Of a DNA stretch of 32,000 bases, positions 16,778 through 25,278 are shown piece by piece. The first letter of the stretch is position 1; every line of letters starts with the position of its first letter. A model generated the notes under the pieces. The model worked only from the letters and a program-made list of their open reading frames with translations, was not told the origin of the DNA and made no database searches. This DNA comes from Candidatus Arthromitus sp. SFB-mouse-Japan (GTDB taxonomy: Bacteria; Bacillota; Clostridia; Clostridiales; Clostridiaceae), in assembly GCF_000270205.1 (NCBI RefSeq), contig NC_015913.1, forward strand, positions 150,001 to 182,000, read 5' to 3'. The position numbers were made by a program, and so were the translations under genes.

Positions 16778-17917
16778 ATGATTAAACTTATTATATTTGA
16801 TGAGGCAAATGAGATATTAAACATAGAGAAATTTTTAAAAGATGATGTAGATATTGTTGGATATTTAAAAGGTGATAAGAATTACTTTGATGATTATATA
16901 AATGGTATAAAGGTTTACGATTTAAACGATTTACATGATATTTTATCTAAAATTGGTTTTGACTATATTTTGGTAAATAGTAGGAGATATAATATTATTT
17001 ATGATAAAATAAGGGAATTTAATATTAATCCAGAGTGTATACTTGATGTATCGTTCTTTTTTTATGATTCTATAATTAGTGAGATTAGAGATAAACTTTC
17101 TTATTGTAAAGAGGAAAAAAGTTTAAATTTTGATATCATGTTTATGGGAAGAAATTATATAAAAGATGAATTTATTTGTGAATATTTTAATGATTACATA
17201 AATATATCCAGCATTTTTTCGGATGCACATTATGATTATCATTTATTATATTATTTGATAAAGAGTAACAAGATAAGTAAGTATACTAGGATAGGAATTT
17301 TTACAAATTACTCTATGATTTATGAAAATATAGATCTAAAGGATGATAAGTATGGTTTTATGAAGATGTTTGAAGATATATTTTCTGTACATAAAGATGT
17401 AAGTGTGAGAAATACTTTTTCATCTTTTTGTTGTAAGAATTTTAAAAGTAATGTAAGCAAGATATTTAAGAGATTTAATTTAGATGATGTTGTATTTGGT
17501 GATAATTTTAATATATCTTGCCATGAAGATGGAAAGATTCAATATGAAACTCAAATAGAAACCATTAATTATAAAGAAGCCAATATTATAGCATTTAAGA
17601 TGAATAAAAATATAATAAATCAAACTCTTAAGATGTTAAAAGATAATGGGATAGATGTATTTTTTATAGTGCCACCTGTACATAAATTATATAGAACATA
17701 TGTAAACAAAACTCTTCAGAAAGAATTTTATATGATTTTAAATAAAAACTTGAATGATAAATTATATGTATTTGATTATTTTGATTTAGAATTTGATGAT
17801 AATTATTTTTCTTCACCATCTAATTTAAATTATAATGGATGTAGAGAATTTTTAAGAATACTCAGTAAGGATATAAACAATAAGTTTTTGGATGTTATAG
17901 CTTGTAATGATTTATAG
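16778..17917 (+). CDS. Hypothetical protein (379 aa), possibly SGNH/DltD-like C-terminal region
   Basis: SD AAGGAG, with no terminator between it and lysA or the next gene. There is only weak resemblance to known folds: an N-terminal Rossmann-like beta-alpha pattern, and a C-terminal FSSPSNLNYNGCREFL reminiscent of the SGNH block V region. Confidence 0.5.
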   Translation: MIKLIIFDEANEILNIEKFLKDDVDIVGYLKGDKNYFDDYINGIKVYDLNDLHDILSKIGFDYILVNSRRYNIIYDKIREFNINPECILDVSFFFYDSIISEIRDKLSYCKEEKSLNFDIMFMGRNYIKDEFICEYFNDYINISSIFSDAHYDYHLLYYLIKSNKISKYTRIGIFTNYSMIYENIDLKDDKYGFMKMFEDIFSVHKDVSVRNTFSSFCCKNFKSNVSKIFKRFNLDDVVFGDNFNISCHEDGKIQYETQIETINYKEANIIAFKMNKNIINQTLKMLKDNGIDVFFIVPPVHKLYRTYVNKTLQKEFYMILNKNLNDKLYVFDYFDLEFDDNYFSSPSNLNYNGCREFLRILSKDINNKFLDVIACNDL

Positions 17918-17938
17918 TTGTTTTGAGAGGAAAAGATT

Positions 17939-19219
17939 ATGAAAAATAAAATTATAGAGAGGTCAATTGATTTATGTAAATTTTTAGATAAGGGTGTTAG
18001 TGTTTATCATGCTACTGAAAATATATGTGATAAATTATTAGATAGGGGATTTAAGGAACTTTTATATAAGGATAGTTGGTGTTTTGAGGGTAAGGGATTT
18101 GTGAAGTTTAACAATTCATCTGTATTTGCTTTTTCATTAAATAAAGAAAGAATAAAAGATGGAATTAAGTTTATATTATCTCATTTAGATTCGCCTTCCC
18201 TTAAGATAAAGACCGGGAGCGATATTTTAAATAGAGATGGTATTTTATATCTAAATGTCGAAGTTTACGGAGGTGCTATATTAAATACTTGGCTTGATAG
18301 GGGTTTATCTATTGCAGGTAGGGTTTTTATAAAGAGTGAGAATTATAAATTTAGTGAGGTTTTAATAGATTTTGAGGATGATATAGCATTTATACCTAAT
18401 TGTCCGATTCATTTAAATAGGGAGATTAATTCGGGATTTTCTTTGAATAGGCAAACTCATATACTTCCTATAGTTCTTACTAATTCTTTGTGTAGCGATG
18501 CATCTTTAAAAGGAATGATATCATCATATTTAGGTGTATCTAAAGATGATGTGCTAGATTTTGATTTATATTTATACGATACTCAAAAGGCTAGTATAAT
18601 TGGTTTTAATAAGGAATTTATACAAAGTAAAAGAATAGATGATTTAGCGATGAGTGAATCAAGTTTATATGCGTTTATGAATTCGTGTGATCATGCAAAT
18701 AAATTTATTTGTATGTTTGATGGTGAAGAGATAGGAAGTTCTATGAGTGAAGGTGCTTATTCTAATACATTATTAAATATATTAGATAGATTATATGAAT
18801 TAATGAATATTACAACTGAGGATAAGCTTATATCGCTTAATAATAGTTTTATAATTTCTGCAGACATGGCCCATGCGTATAATTCAAGTTATTCTGAGAA
18901 GTTTGATGAAAATAATAGGTGTGTTATAAATAAAGGAATAGCTATAAAGAGTAATTCAAATAGGAGTTATGTGACAACAGGAGAGAGTTCATCTTATATA
19001 AAATCCTTATGTAATAAGATAAGAATACCGTATCAGGTATATTATAATAGATCAGATATACAAGGGGGATCAACTCTAGGTCCAATAATTACTAAGTATT
19101 TATCTATAAAAGGTGTTGATTTAGGTAATCCGATGTTTGCTATGCACTCTTGTAGAGAAACTTCAGGGGTTATTGATCACCATTATATTAGTGAATTATT
19201 TATGGAATATTTTAAATGA
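17939..19219 (+). CDS. M18 family aminopeptidase (aspartyl aminopeptidase-like)
   Basis: SHLDSP, VYGGAILNTWLDRGLSIAGRV, RIDDLAMS, FDGEEIGS, SADMAHA, GGSTLGPI, AMHSCRE. Confidence 0.85.
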   Translation: MKNKIIERSIDLCKFLDKGVSVYHATENICDKLLDRGFKELLYKDSWCFEGKGFVKFNNSSVFAFSLNKERIKDGIKFILSHLDSPSLKIKTGSDILNRDGILYLNVEVYGGAILNTWLDRGLSIAGRVFIKSENYKFSEVLIDFEDDIAFIPNCPIHLNREINSGFSLNRQTHILPIVLTNSLCSDASLKGMISSYLGVSKDDVLDFDLYLYDTQKASIIGFNKEFIQSKRIDDLAMSESSLYAFMNSCDHANKFICMFDGEEIGSSMSEGAYSNTLLNILDRLYELMNITTEDKLISLNNSFIISADMAHAYNSSYSEKFDENNRCVINKGIAIKSNSNRSYVTTGESSSYIKSLCNKIRIPYQVYYNRSDIQGGSTLGPIITKYLSIKGVDLGNPMFAMHSCRETSGVIDHHYISELFMEYFK

Positions 19220-19250
19220 AAAGGGTCAAAATTATTGACCCTTTTTTATT
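19219..19250. terminator. Bidirectional terminator between the aminopeptidase and ispF
   Basis: AAAGGGTCAA (19220-19229) pairs with TTGACCCTTT (19235-19244) with a 5-nt loop, flanked by A- and T-runs. It overlaps the last codons of ispF. Confidence 0.65.
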
Positions 19251-19717
19251 TTGTGTAAAAGGCATACAGCTTGGCAAGCGATCCCTTTCTCTTTTCCTGT
19301 AAAACCTAATTTTTCTTCTGTAGTTGCTTTGATTGTTATTTGTGAAATATCTATCCTAAGAACATTACAGAGTGTTTCCCTCATTATATTTATATAAGGA
19401 TTAATTTTAGGCTTTTGGCAAATTATTATACTATCTATATTTGAAATTTCATATTTTTCATTTTCCATAAGTTCGCGAGTTTTTTCGAGCAATTTTAAAG
19501 AACTTATATCTTTAAAGTTATCGCTTGTATCTGGGAAGTATGTTCCTATGTCGTAAAGTCCACATGCTCCTAGTATTGAGTCTATTATAGCGTGTATTAA
19601 ACAATCTCCATCAGAATGGGCTACAAGACCTTTTTCATGGGGTATTTTAACCCCTCCTAAAATAAGATCACGATTATAATCTAATTTATGTACATCATAT
19701 CCAATTCCTATTCTCAA
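19232..19717 (-). CDS. ispF: 2-C-methyl-D-erythritol 2,4-cyclodiphosphate synthase
   Basis: [46 protein letters not shown]; 161 aa. Confidence 0.9.
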   Translation of the reverse strand: MRIGIGYDVHKLDYNRDLILGGVKIPHEKGLVAHSDGDCLIHAIIDSILGACGLYDIGTYFPDTSDNFKDISSLKLLEKTRELMENEKYEISNIDSIIICQKPKINPYINIMRETLCNVLRIDISQITIKATTEEKLGFTGKEKGIACQAVCLLHKIKKGQ

Positions 19718-19730
19718 AATTTAATTCTCC

Positions 19731-20462
19731 TTAAATTCCTATTAATTGAAATAGTTCATTGAGTTCATCATAAGTTAAGTGCCTATACTTTCCAACTTTT
19801 AAATTACCTAACTTTATATTTAAAATACGAGTTCTTTTTAAATATGAAACTTTATAATCAAGTGTTTCACACATACGTCTAATTTGTCTATTAAGACCTT
19901 GAGTTAGTATTATCTTAAAGGAAAAATTATCTATTTTCCATATTTTGCATGGTTTGGTAATTTGATTTAATATTTTTACCCCGGATTTCATCTTTGAGAT
20001 GAAGTCAGGAGTTATTTCCTTATTTACACGAACTAAATATTCTTTTTCATGGTTATTTTCTGATCTTAATATTTTATTTACAATATCTCCATTATTTGTA
20101 AGTAGTATTAACCCATGAGAATTTTTATCTAGTCTACCTATTGGGAAAATTCTTTTAGGGTAATTTATAAAATCTATTATGTTTGATTTGTCTTTTTTAC
20201 AAGTTGTTGAGGTTATACCGAGTGGTTTGTTTAAAGCTAAGTATATGAAATCAACTTGATTTTTAATTTCTTTGAGTGATGAGTTCTCTTTTATGTATAT
20301 TTTGTCAGAGTAGTTAACGAGTGATCCAAGCGTTGCTATAGAATCATTTATAAAAACTTTATTTTTTCTAATAAGATCATCAGCTACTCTTCTCGAACAA
20401 TATCCGTACTTAGATAAAAATTTATTAATTCTTAGCTTTTCTTGATTCGAAATTTTATTCAC
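19731..20462 (-). CDS. rRNA pseudouridine synthase, RsuA/RluB/RluF family
   Basis: N-terminal S4 domain (RINKFLSKYGYCSRRVADDLIRKNKVFIN), catalytic GRLDKNSHGLILLTNNG, EKEYLVRV, RQIRRM. Confidence 0.85.
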   Translation of the reverse strand: MNKISNQEKLRINKFLSKYGYCSRRVADDLIRKNKVFINDSIATLGSLVNYSDKIYIKENSSLKEIKNQVDFIYLALNKPLGITSTTCKKDKSNIIDFINYPKRIFPIGRLDKNSHGLILLTNNGDIVNKILRSENNHEKEYLVRVNKEITPDFISKMKSGVKILNQITKPCKIWKIDNFSFKIILTQGLNRQIRRMCETLDYKVSYLKRTRILNIKLGNLKVGKYRHLTYDELNELFQLIGI

Positions 20463-20510
20463 ATTTAAACTCCTTAAAAAATATTAAGTTCATTTTATCA
20501 TAGAAGATTA

Positions 20511-21446
20511 TTAAGTACTATTTATTTTTACCAAATTTCCGGAGTTATTTATAATGATATTTAAAGGTATATCTTTTAGAGCTTCCCTTAGTTTATTAAA
20601 AGATTTTTTATTTAGGGGTGGACCTATTATGTAAATTTTTACATCTTGACCTGGTTTCAATATGTTATTTTCCATGCCATAATTTATAAATGATGGTATG
20701 GAGTGATCTATTTTTTTCATTATTTGTTTATTTTGTTTGATCATTGTGCGAGCTGATTTTGTTTTAGGTCTATAAGATAAAATATAGCCATTGTGATTCA
20801 TCTTCATATGCATTGTTAAGTTCATTTCCATAATGATATAGTTGTTTGGTATATTAAATATCATAAAATATGTAACTATAATTGAAAATACTGTTAAATA
20901 AATTTTAGATTTTAAGTTAAGTGAAAAGCGTTTTTTGTTTTTGCAGAGGAATAATTCCCCTTTTTTGTATTTGATGTTTTTCTTTATAAAAATATTTAAA
21001 TGTTCATTTAAAATAATAGAGTATCTTGAATTTTTTTCAACAATAACACTTAAACATTCTATGTTTTCATTTATCATTGAAAGTTTAGAATTATTAAATA
21101 AATAAAACGATAAGTGAGAACAACTCTTTTCGGTAAAAAGAATTGTATAGATCTTTATAAGTTCTATATTTCTTTTATATATTTTAATATTATTTTTGTT
21201 AGTTATATTTTCACTTATTATTTTAAATAATATGGAATTATTTATTTTAGATATTTTATTATTTTTTAAGTATATAGATATATTTTTAGAAATTATTAAG
21301 CATTTACATTTTTCAAATGATGATATATTATTTAAATTATTAAAATTTATATTTTTGATGTATATACTTTGACTCAAGAATGTATAAAGATCTTTTAAAA
21401 TTTTATATTTTAGATTATATTTATTTAAATTAATAAGATCATTCAT
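20511..21446 (-). CDS. Single-pass membrane protein with an RsgI-like (anti-sigma-I type) core preceded by a ~125-aa extension
   Basis: Residues ~128-165 (MINENIECLSVIVEKNSRYSIILNEHLNIFIKKNIKYKKGELF) resemble the RsgI N-domain (B. subtilis GIIVEKNKKFVTLLTPDGQFLKAK). A TM helix IYLTVFSIIVTYFMIF follows. The post-TM IIMEMNLTMHMKMNHNGYIL resembles RsgI MTIDINPSVEMALNSDYEVI. Confidence 0.45.
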   Translation of the reverse strand: MNDLINLNKYNLKYKILKDLYTFLSQSIYIKNINFNNLNNISSFEKCKCLIISKNISIYLKNNKISKINNSILFKIISENITNKNNIKIYKRNIELIKIYTILFTEKSCSHLSFYLFNNSKLSMINENIECLSVIVEKNSRYSIILNEHLNIFIKKNIKYKKGELFLCKNKKRFSLNLKSKIYLTVFSIIVTYFMIFNIPNNYIIMEMNLTMHMKMNHNGYILSYRPKTKSARTMIKQNKQIMKKIDHSIPSFINYGMENNILKPGQDVKIYIIGPPLNKKSFNKLREALKDIPLNIIINNSGNLVKINST

Positions 21447-21699
21447 AAAAGTATCCTCTATTGTAAGTTTAATTAGCAGATATTTGAAAATTTTAGTATA
21501 ATTTCATTATTAAGATTTATTTTTCTATGTAAAAGTGTTTTTTATACTATTTAATAATGATGAAAAAGATAAATAAATATTAAAGATTTTGTTTATTATA
21601 ATTAATAGTAGTCAAAAATAGATATACATTTTTAAATATAGGAGTTATATAAATTGTTATTTTAAGTTTTAGAAGGTTTTTTAAAAGGAGGAGAGATAA

Positions 21700-22452
21700 T
21701 TGATAAACAAGAGCTTTAAAATAAATATGGTCATTATTATAGGAAGTATATTGTTATTTTTGGTATTAAGTTATTCAGAGTATATGGTTAGGGCTATAAA
21801 GCCTAATAATGGTAATATTAGTGTAAAGTCTTTAGAAATTAAAGAAAGCTCCGACGGAATGAGTTTTGATTTAAAGTACCCAGAAGTTGAGTATGGAGAT
21901 AATATTGTAAAAGATAAAATAAACGGATCCCTAAGGGCTCAGGTCTTGGAGTTTAAACAGTATATAGAGGACATATATAAAGAGTTTATTTCATCGACTC
22001 CTAAAGAGTTGGTGGATAATTCTATTTCCTCTGAATTTAGAGGAATGTCTGATTTTGAATATGAAATTATAGATAATATTTTATCTATTAGACTTAATTT
22101 AATACAATTTACTGGTGGAGCTCACCCTATGACATATAGAAGGGACTTTAATTTTGATTTAAAAACTGGGAATGTTTTAAAATTTGGAGATCTTTTTAAT
22201 GAAGAAGGAAAGAAAGTATACAAAGATAAAGTTGATTCTATAATTAGGAATGTTATTGAGGAGAATCCTGATAATTATTTTGTAAATGAGTTTAAAGGTA
22301 TTGGAGATAATGTTCAATATTATTTAACTAAAGATAATATTGTGATATTTTATCAATTATATGAATTAGCACCGTACTCTGCAGGTATACCTGAGTTTAA
22401 AATACCTTATAGTGTATTTGGTGGGAATATAAATGTAGACCCTTTAAAGTAG
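21700..22452 (+). CDS. Membrane-anchored DUF4163/DUF3298 domain protein (RsiV/PdaC-type extracellular domain)
   Basis: TTG start after SD AAAGGAGGAG, with an N-terminal TM anchor. Motifs: LKYPEVEY..INGSLRAQV, FTGGAHPMTYRRDFNFDLKTG, PYSAGIPEFKIPY. Confidence 0.75.
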   Translation: MINKSFKINMVIIIGSILLFLVLSYSEYMVRAIKPNNGNISVKSLEIKESSDGMSFDLKYPEVEYGDNIVKDKINGSLRAQVLEFKQYIEDIYKEFISSTPKELVDNSISSEFRGMSDFEYEIIDNILSIRLNLIQFTGGAHPMTYRRDFNFDLKTGNVLKFGDLFNEEGKKVYKDKVDSIIRNVIEENPDNYFVNEFKGIGDNVQYYLTKDNIVIFYQLYELAPYSAGIPEFKIPYSVFGGNINVDPLK

Positions 22453-22502
22453 AAGATTTTCTCTTATTTTTTAGTTTATAATTGAGTGTTAGAGGTGGAA
22501 AA

Positions 22503-22865
22503 ATGAAAGGATTATTTTTAGATTATTCCAAGTGAACAAGTGTAAGAAAGGCCAAGGATTGGCTTGTTAAAAATAATATAGATGTTGAATTTAGATCTCT
22601 TATTTCAAATACACCAACTAAAGATGAAATTTTATCCTGGGTGTTAAAATATAAGGCAGATATAAATAAGTTCTTTAATGTTAATGGTAAGATATTTAAG
22701 GAAAATAATTTGAAAGAGAAGATAAATGAATTATCTTTAGAAGAATGTGCTGATATGTTATCAAAAGAGGGTATGCTCATTAAAAGGCCTATATATATGG
22801 GTGAAGATTTTATATTATTTGGTTTTAAAGAGAAGGAATGGGAGTCGTATATATTAAAAAAATAA
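22503..22865 (+). CDS. ArsC/Spx/YffB-family thioredoxin-fold protein with in-frame TGA (22533-22535) at the active-site Cys position; candidate selenoprotein, otherwise a pseudogene
   Basis: ATG 22503 follows SD GAGGTGG. The reading is MKGLFLDYSK-TGA-TSVRKAKDWLVKNNIDVEF..., continuous in one frame to TAA 22863-22865 (120 codons). The track lists only the tail, 22641..22865. The family N-terminal signature Y....C..(C/S)RKA..WL places the TGA on the conserved Cys. A hairpin with a G-rich loop lies ~20 nt downstream. Confidence 0.6.
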
Positions 22866-22891
22866 AGCTATGTTCTACATAGCTTTATTTT
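22863..22891. terminator. Bidirectional terminator between convergent genes
   Basis: AAAGCTATG (22863-22871) pairs with CATAGCTTT (22877-22885) with a 5-nt loop, then ATTTTTG; an A-run lies upstream. Confidence 0.55.
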
Positions 22892-23514
22892 TGTTTTTTA
22901 GGAGTAATGTCTGAGAATTCAGATATTTTAAAACATTCTCCTGTATTTTCTATTGATAGATTTTGTTTTAATAGTTGACTATATCCGTCTGTATGTAGTG
23001 ATTTATATGTGATTTCATAAGTATAAAGAGTTTTGGAGATCTTTTTAGGTTTAGATATTGTAAAGGATTGTATTATATTTTGATTTTGTTCAATAAACCA
23101 TGCTGGATTGTCTTTGAATAAATTTTTAAGCTGGTTTTTTACATTGTCATTTGAAATTACAAATAATAGAGTACCATTTTTTTCTTTTATTCCATTAGCC
23201 CAAAGAGTTGCAGCTTCATCTCTATTTAATATTTTTACAAAATTTGAAGATTGTTCCCATAGTGTGTTCCTAAAGCTTAAATTTTCAATTATTTTTAAGT
23301 ATATTTTTTTTATGTTCTCAAGTGTGACAAGAGGATCATCTGATAACTCACCATTTTCAATATTATGCTTTTGATCGCTGATTAATTGAGATTCATCAAC
23401 AACTGAAACTTCACAAGAATTTTTGATTTTCTTTTTGTTAGCTAAAGCGTATACTGGGTTTATACTACATAGAGTGTATGCTCCAATTATAAACGATAGA
23501 ATAAGTCTCTTCAT
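22885..23514 (-). CDS. Hypothetical secreted protein (209 aa)
   Basis: N-terminal signal peptide MKRLILSFIIGAYTLCSINPVYALA. No recognisable domain. Confidence 0.6.
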   Translation of the reverse strand: MKRLILSFIIGAYTLCSINPVYALANKKKIKNSCEVSVVDESQLISDQKHNIENGELSDDPLVTLENIKKIYLKIIENLSFRNTLWEQSSNFVKILNRDEAATLWANGIKEKNGTLLFVISNDNVKNQLKNLFKDNPAWFIEQNQNIIQSFTISKPKKISKTLYTYEITYKSLHTDGYSQLLKQNLSIENTGECFKISEFSDITPKKQK

Positions 23515-23577
23515 TTAATATGTACTCCTTTATAATTATCTTTTAGTTTAGTTTTTCTATAAAATTGAGAATTATTC

Positions 23578-23615
23578 TAAAAAATAAAAACAACACACTG
23601 GATGTATGTTGTTTT
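23578..23615 (-). terminator. Intrinsic terminator of the DUF1540 gene
   Basis: AAAACAACA (23587-23595) pairs with TGTTGTTTT (23607-23615). On the minus strand it is followed by a T-run (plus-strand AAAAAATAAAAA). Confidence 0.5.
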
Positions 23616-23973
23616 ATTTGCAAAAAGTATTACAGTAGGTAAAATTTGAATTCATAGCATCACTACCTATGATATTTACATTTTGTGAGGAACACATACC
23701 TGATTCATTGAATTTGCATGCTTTTGCATCGCATTCAATTTCTGGATACATAACTATACCTGAATTTGTGAAGAACTGTTTGATTTCTCCATTTATATTT
23801 AAGTTTGATAAAGAGTTTAATGTGTTTTCTAAATTTCTTTCTTGAAATGTTGAACAGTGAGTATCGGGGGTAATTGATGCATTCAAGCCACTTACGTGAA
23901 TTTTATTTGCAGTACACATATTATTTGTATAGTGAACACAATTATTTGCAGAGCAACTTAGGGAACCATTCAT
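23614..23973 (-). CDS. DUF1540 domain protein (two Cys-rich repeats)
   Basis: Two copies of the pattern C..NC.(H/F)......C.A..I.(V/I).G........C.TF (SCSANNCVHYTNNMCTANKIHVSG..HCSTF; ECDAKACKFNESGMCSSQNVNIIG..YCNTF). Confidence 0.8.
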   Translation of the reverse strand: MNGSLSCSANNCVHYTNNMCTANKIHVSGLNASITPDTHCSTFQERNLENTLNSLSNLNINGEIKQFFTNSGIVMYPEIECDAKACKFNESGMCSSQNVNIIGSDAMNSNFTYCNTFCK

Positions 23974-24121
23974 TATCTATCACCTCTAACAAAAATATAT
24001 TTTTTAGTATTATTAACTTATTTTCAAATAATATTCTAAGTTTTATTAACAAAATTAATAATAATCAAACAATTAAATGTGTTAAAATAAACAATGATAA
24101 ATTAGAAGGTAGGAGAATCTG

Positions 24122-24970
24122 ATGAGGATCAAGATTATTTTTTTTGAATTATGTACCATATGTTTTGCTTGTCTTTTGATAGCTGTAGGATTAAATTTAT
24201 TTTTAGCTGATGCTAAACTTGTAAGTGGAGGATTGACTGGTATAGCACTGCTTATAGAATATACAACTGGTATCAACTCGGGTATATTATATTTGATTTT
24301 AAATCTTCCTCTATTTGTTTTAAGTTATTTTAAAGTTTCATTGAAGTTTACGATATATTCTATAATTGGAACTGTTTTATTATCTGTATTTTTATATTTG
24401 ACGAGCCCTCTTAAATCTGTACTTAATATACATGATGTATTTTTAAGCGGGGTAATCGGAGGAGTTATATCGGCTATTGGATATTCTCTTATGTTCAAAG
24501 TAAGAGCGACGACTGGAGGGATAGATATATTGGCCGTTATAATAAGGAAGAAAAATCCAGCTAAAAATATTGGAGACGTAACATTTACAGTTAATTTAAT
24601 TATTGTAATAGTTTCCATATTATTATTAAAGGATATAACAAGAGCATTATATTCTTTAATATCAATGTTTGTTACATCTACGGTTGTAAATAAAATGATA
24701 TTTGGATTTAATAAGAAATATCTAGTTCTTATAATAACTAAGTCACCTGATCAAATATCTGAATATATTTTGAATGTTATAAAAAGGGGTGTAACATCTA
24801 TAGAGGCTGAAGGATGTTATACAAAAGATAAACAAAATATACTTTATACGGTTCTTGATATTAACCAGTATGTAAGTTTAAGAAGAAGAATACAAAATTT
24901 TGATCCTAATGCATTTTTATCTGCGATTGAAACAAAGAGTGTCACGGGTAATGGATTTAATGAGATATAA
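24122..24970 (+). CDS. YitT family membrane protein (DUF2179 C-terminal domain)
   Basis: Multiple TM helices with GGLTGIALL and TTGGIDILAVII motifs. The C-terminal soluble domain reads GVTSIEAEGCYTKDKQNILYTVL. Confidence 0.85.
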   Translation: MRIKIIFFELCTICFACLLIAVGLNLFLADAKLVSGGLTGIALLIEYTTGINSGILYLILNLPLFVLSYFKVSLKFTIYSIIGTVLLSVFLYLTSPLKSVLNIHDVFLSGVIGGVISAIGYSLMFKVRATTGGIDILAVIIRKKNPAKNIGDVTFTVNLIIVIVSILLLKDITRALYSLISMFVTSTVVNKMIFGFNKKYLVLIITKSPDQISEYILNVIKRGVTSIEAEGCYTKDKQNILYTVLDINQYVSLRRRIQNFDPNAFLSAIETKSVTGNGFNEI

Positions 24971-25106
24971 AACTAAGTTTGTAACGATTTAAAACTATTT
25001 TCATATATTGGAATTAAAAAATATTTTATAAGTTATGATTATTTTTTAAGAAAAGTATGAGGATGCAGGTATTAACAATAAAACTAGTAAAGATATGATC
25101 AATATA

Positions 25107-25144
25107 GAGAAGATGCTTCTAAATACGGAAGTATCTTCTTTTTT
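25107..25144 (+). terminator. Strong intrinsic terminator 137 nt downstream of yitT
   Basis: AGAAGATGCTTC (25107-25118) pairs with GAAGTATCTTCT (25127-25138), giving 12 bp with one G-U and an 8-nt loop, then T6. Confidence 0.65.
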
Positions 25145-25278
25145 TGATCATGAGTACGGGTAGTACAGATAATGGTGATATGTTTTATATAATAGATGGA
25201 GTTAGTAAAATGATAGAAGTTAGTTGAAAGATTAGAAATTTAAAACAAATTAATTAGTAATTTAAAGGAGATTTTAAA

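Noticed and set aside
22523-22780. 85-aa minus-strand ORF offered by the track across the ArsC-like locus
   Set aside because: The plus strand encodes a full-length ArsC/Spx-family sequence once the in-frame TGA is read through. The minus-strand product has no SD and no recognisable features.
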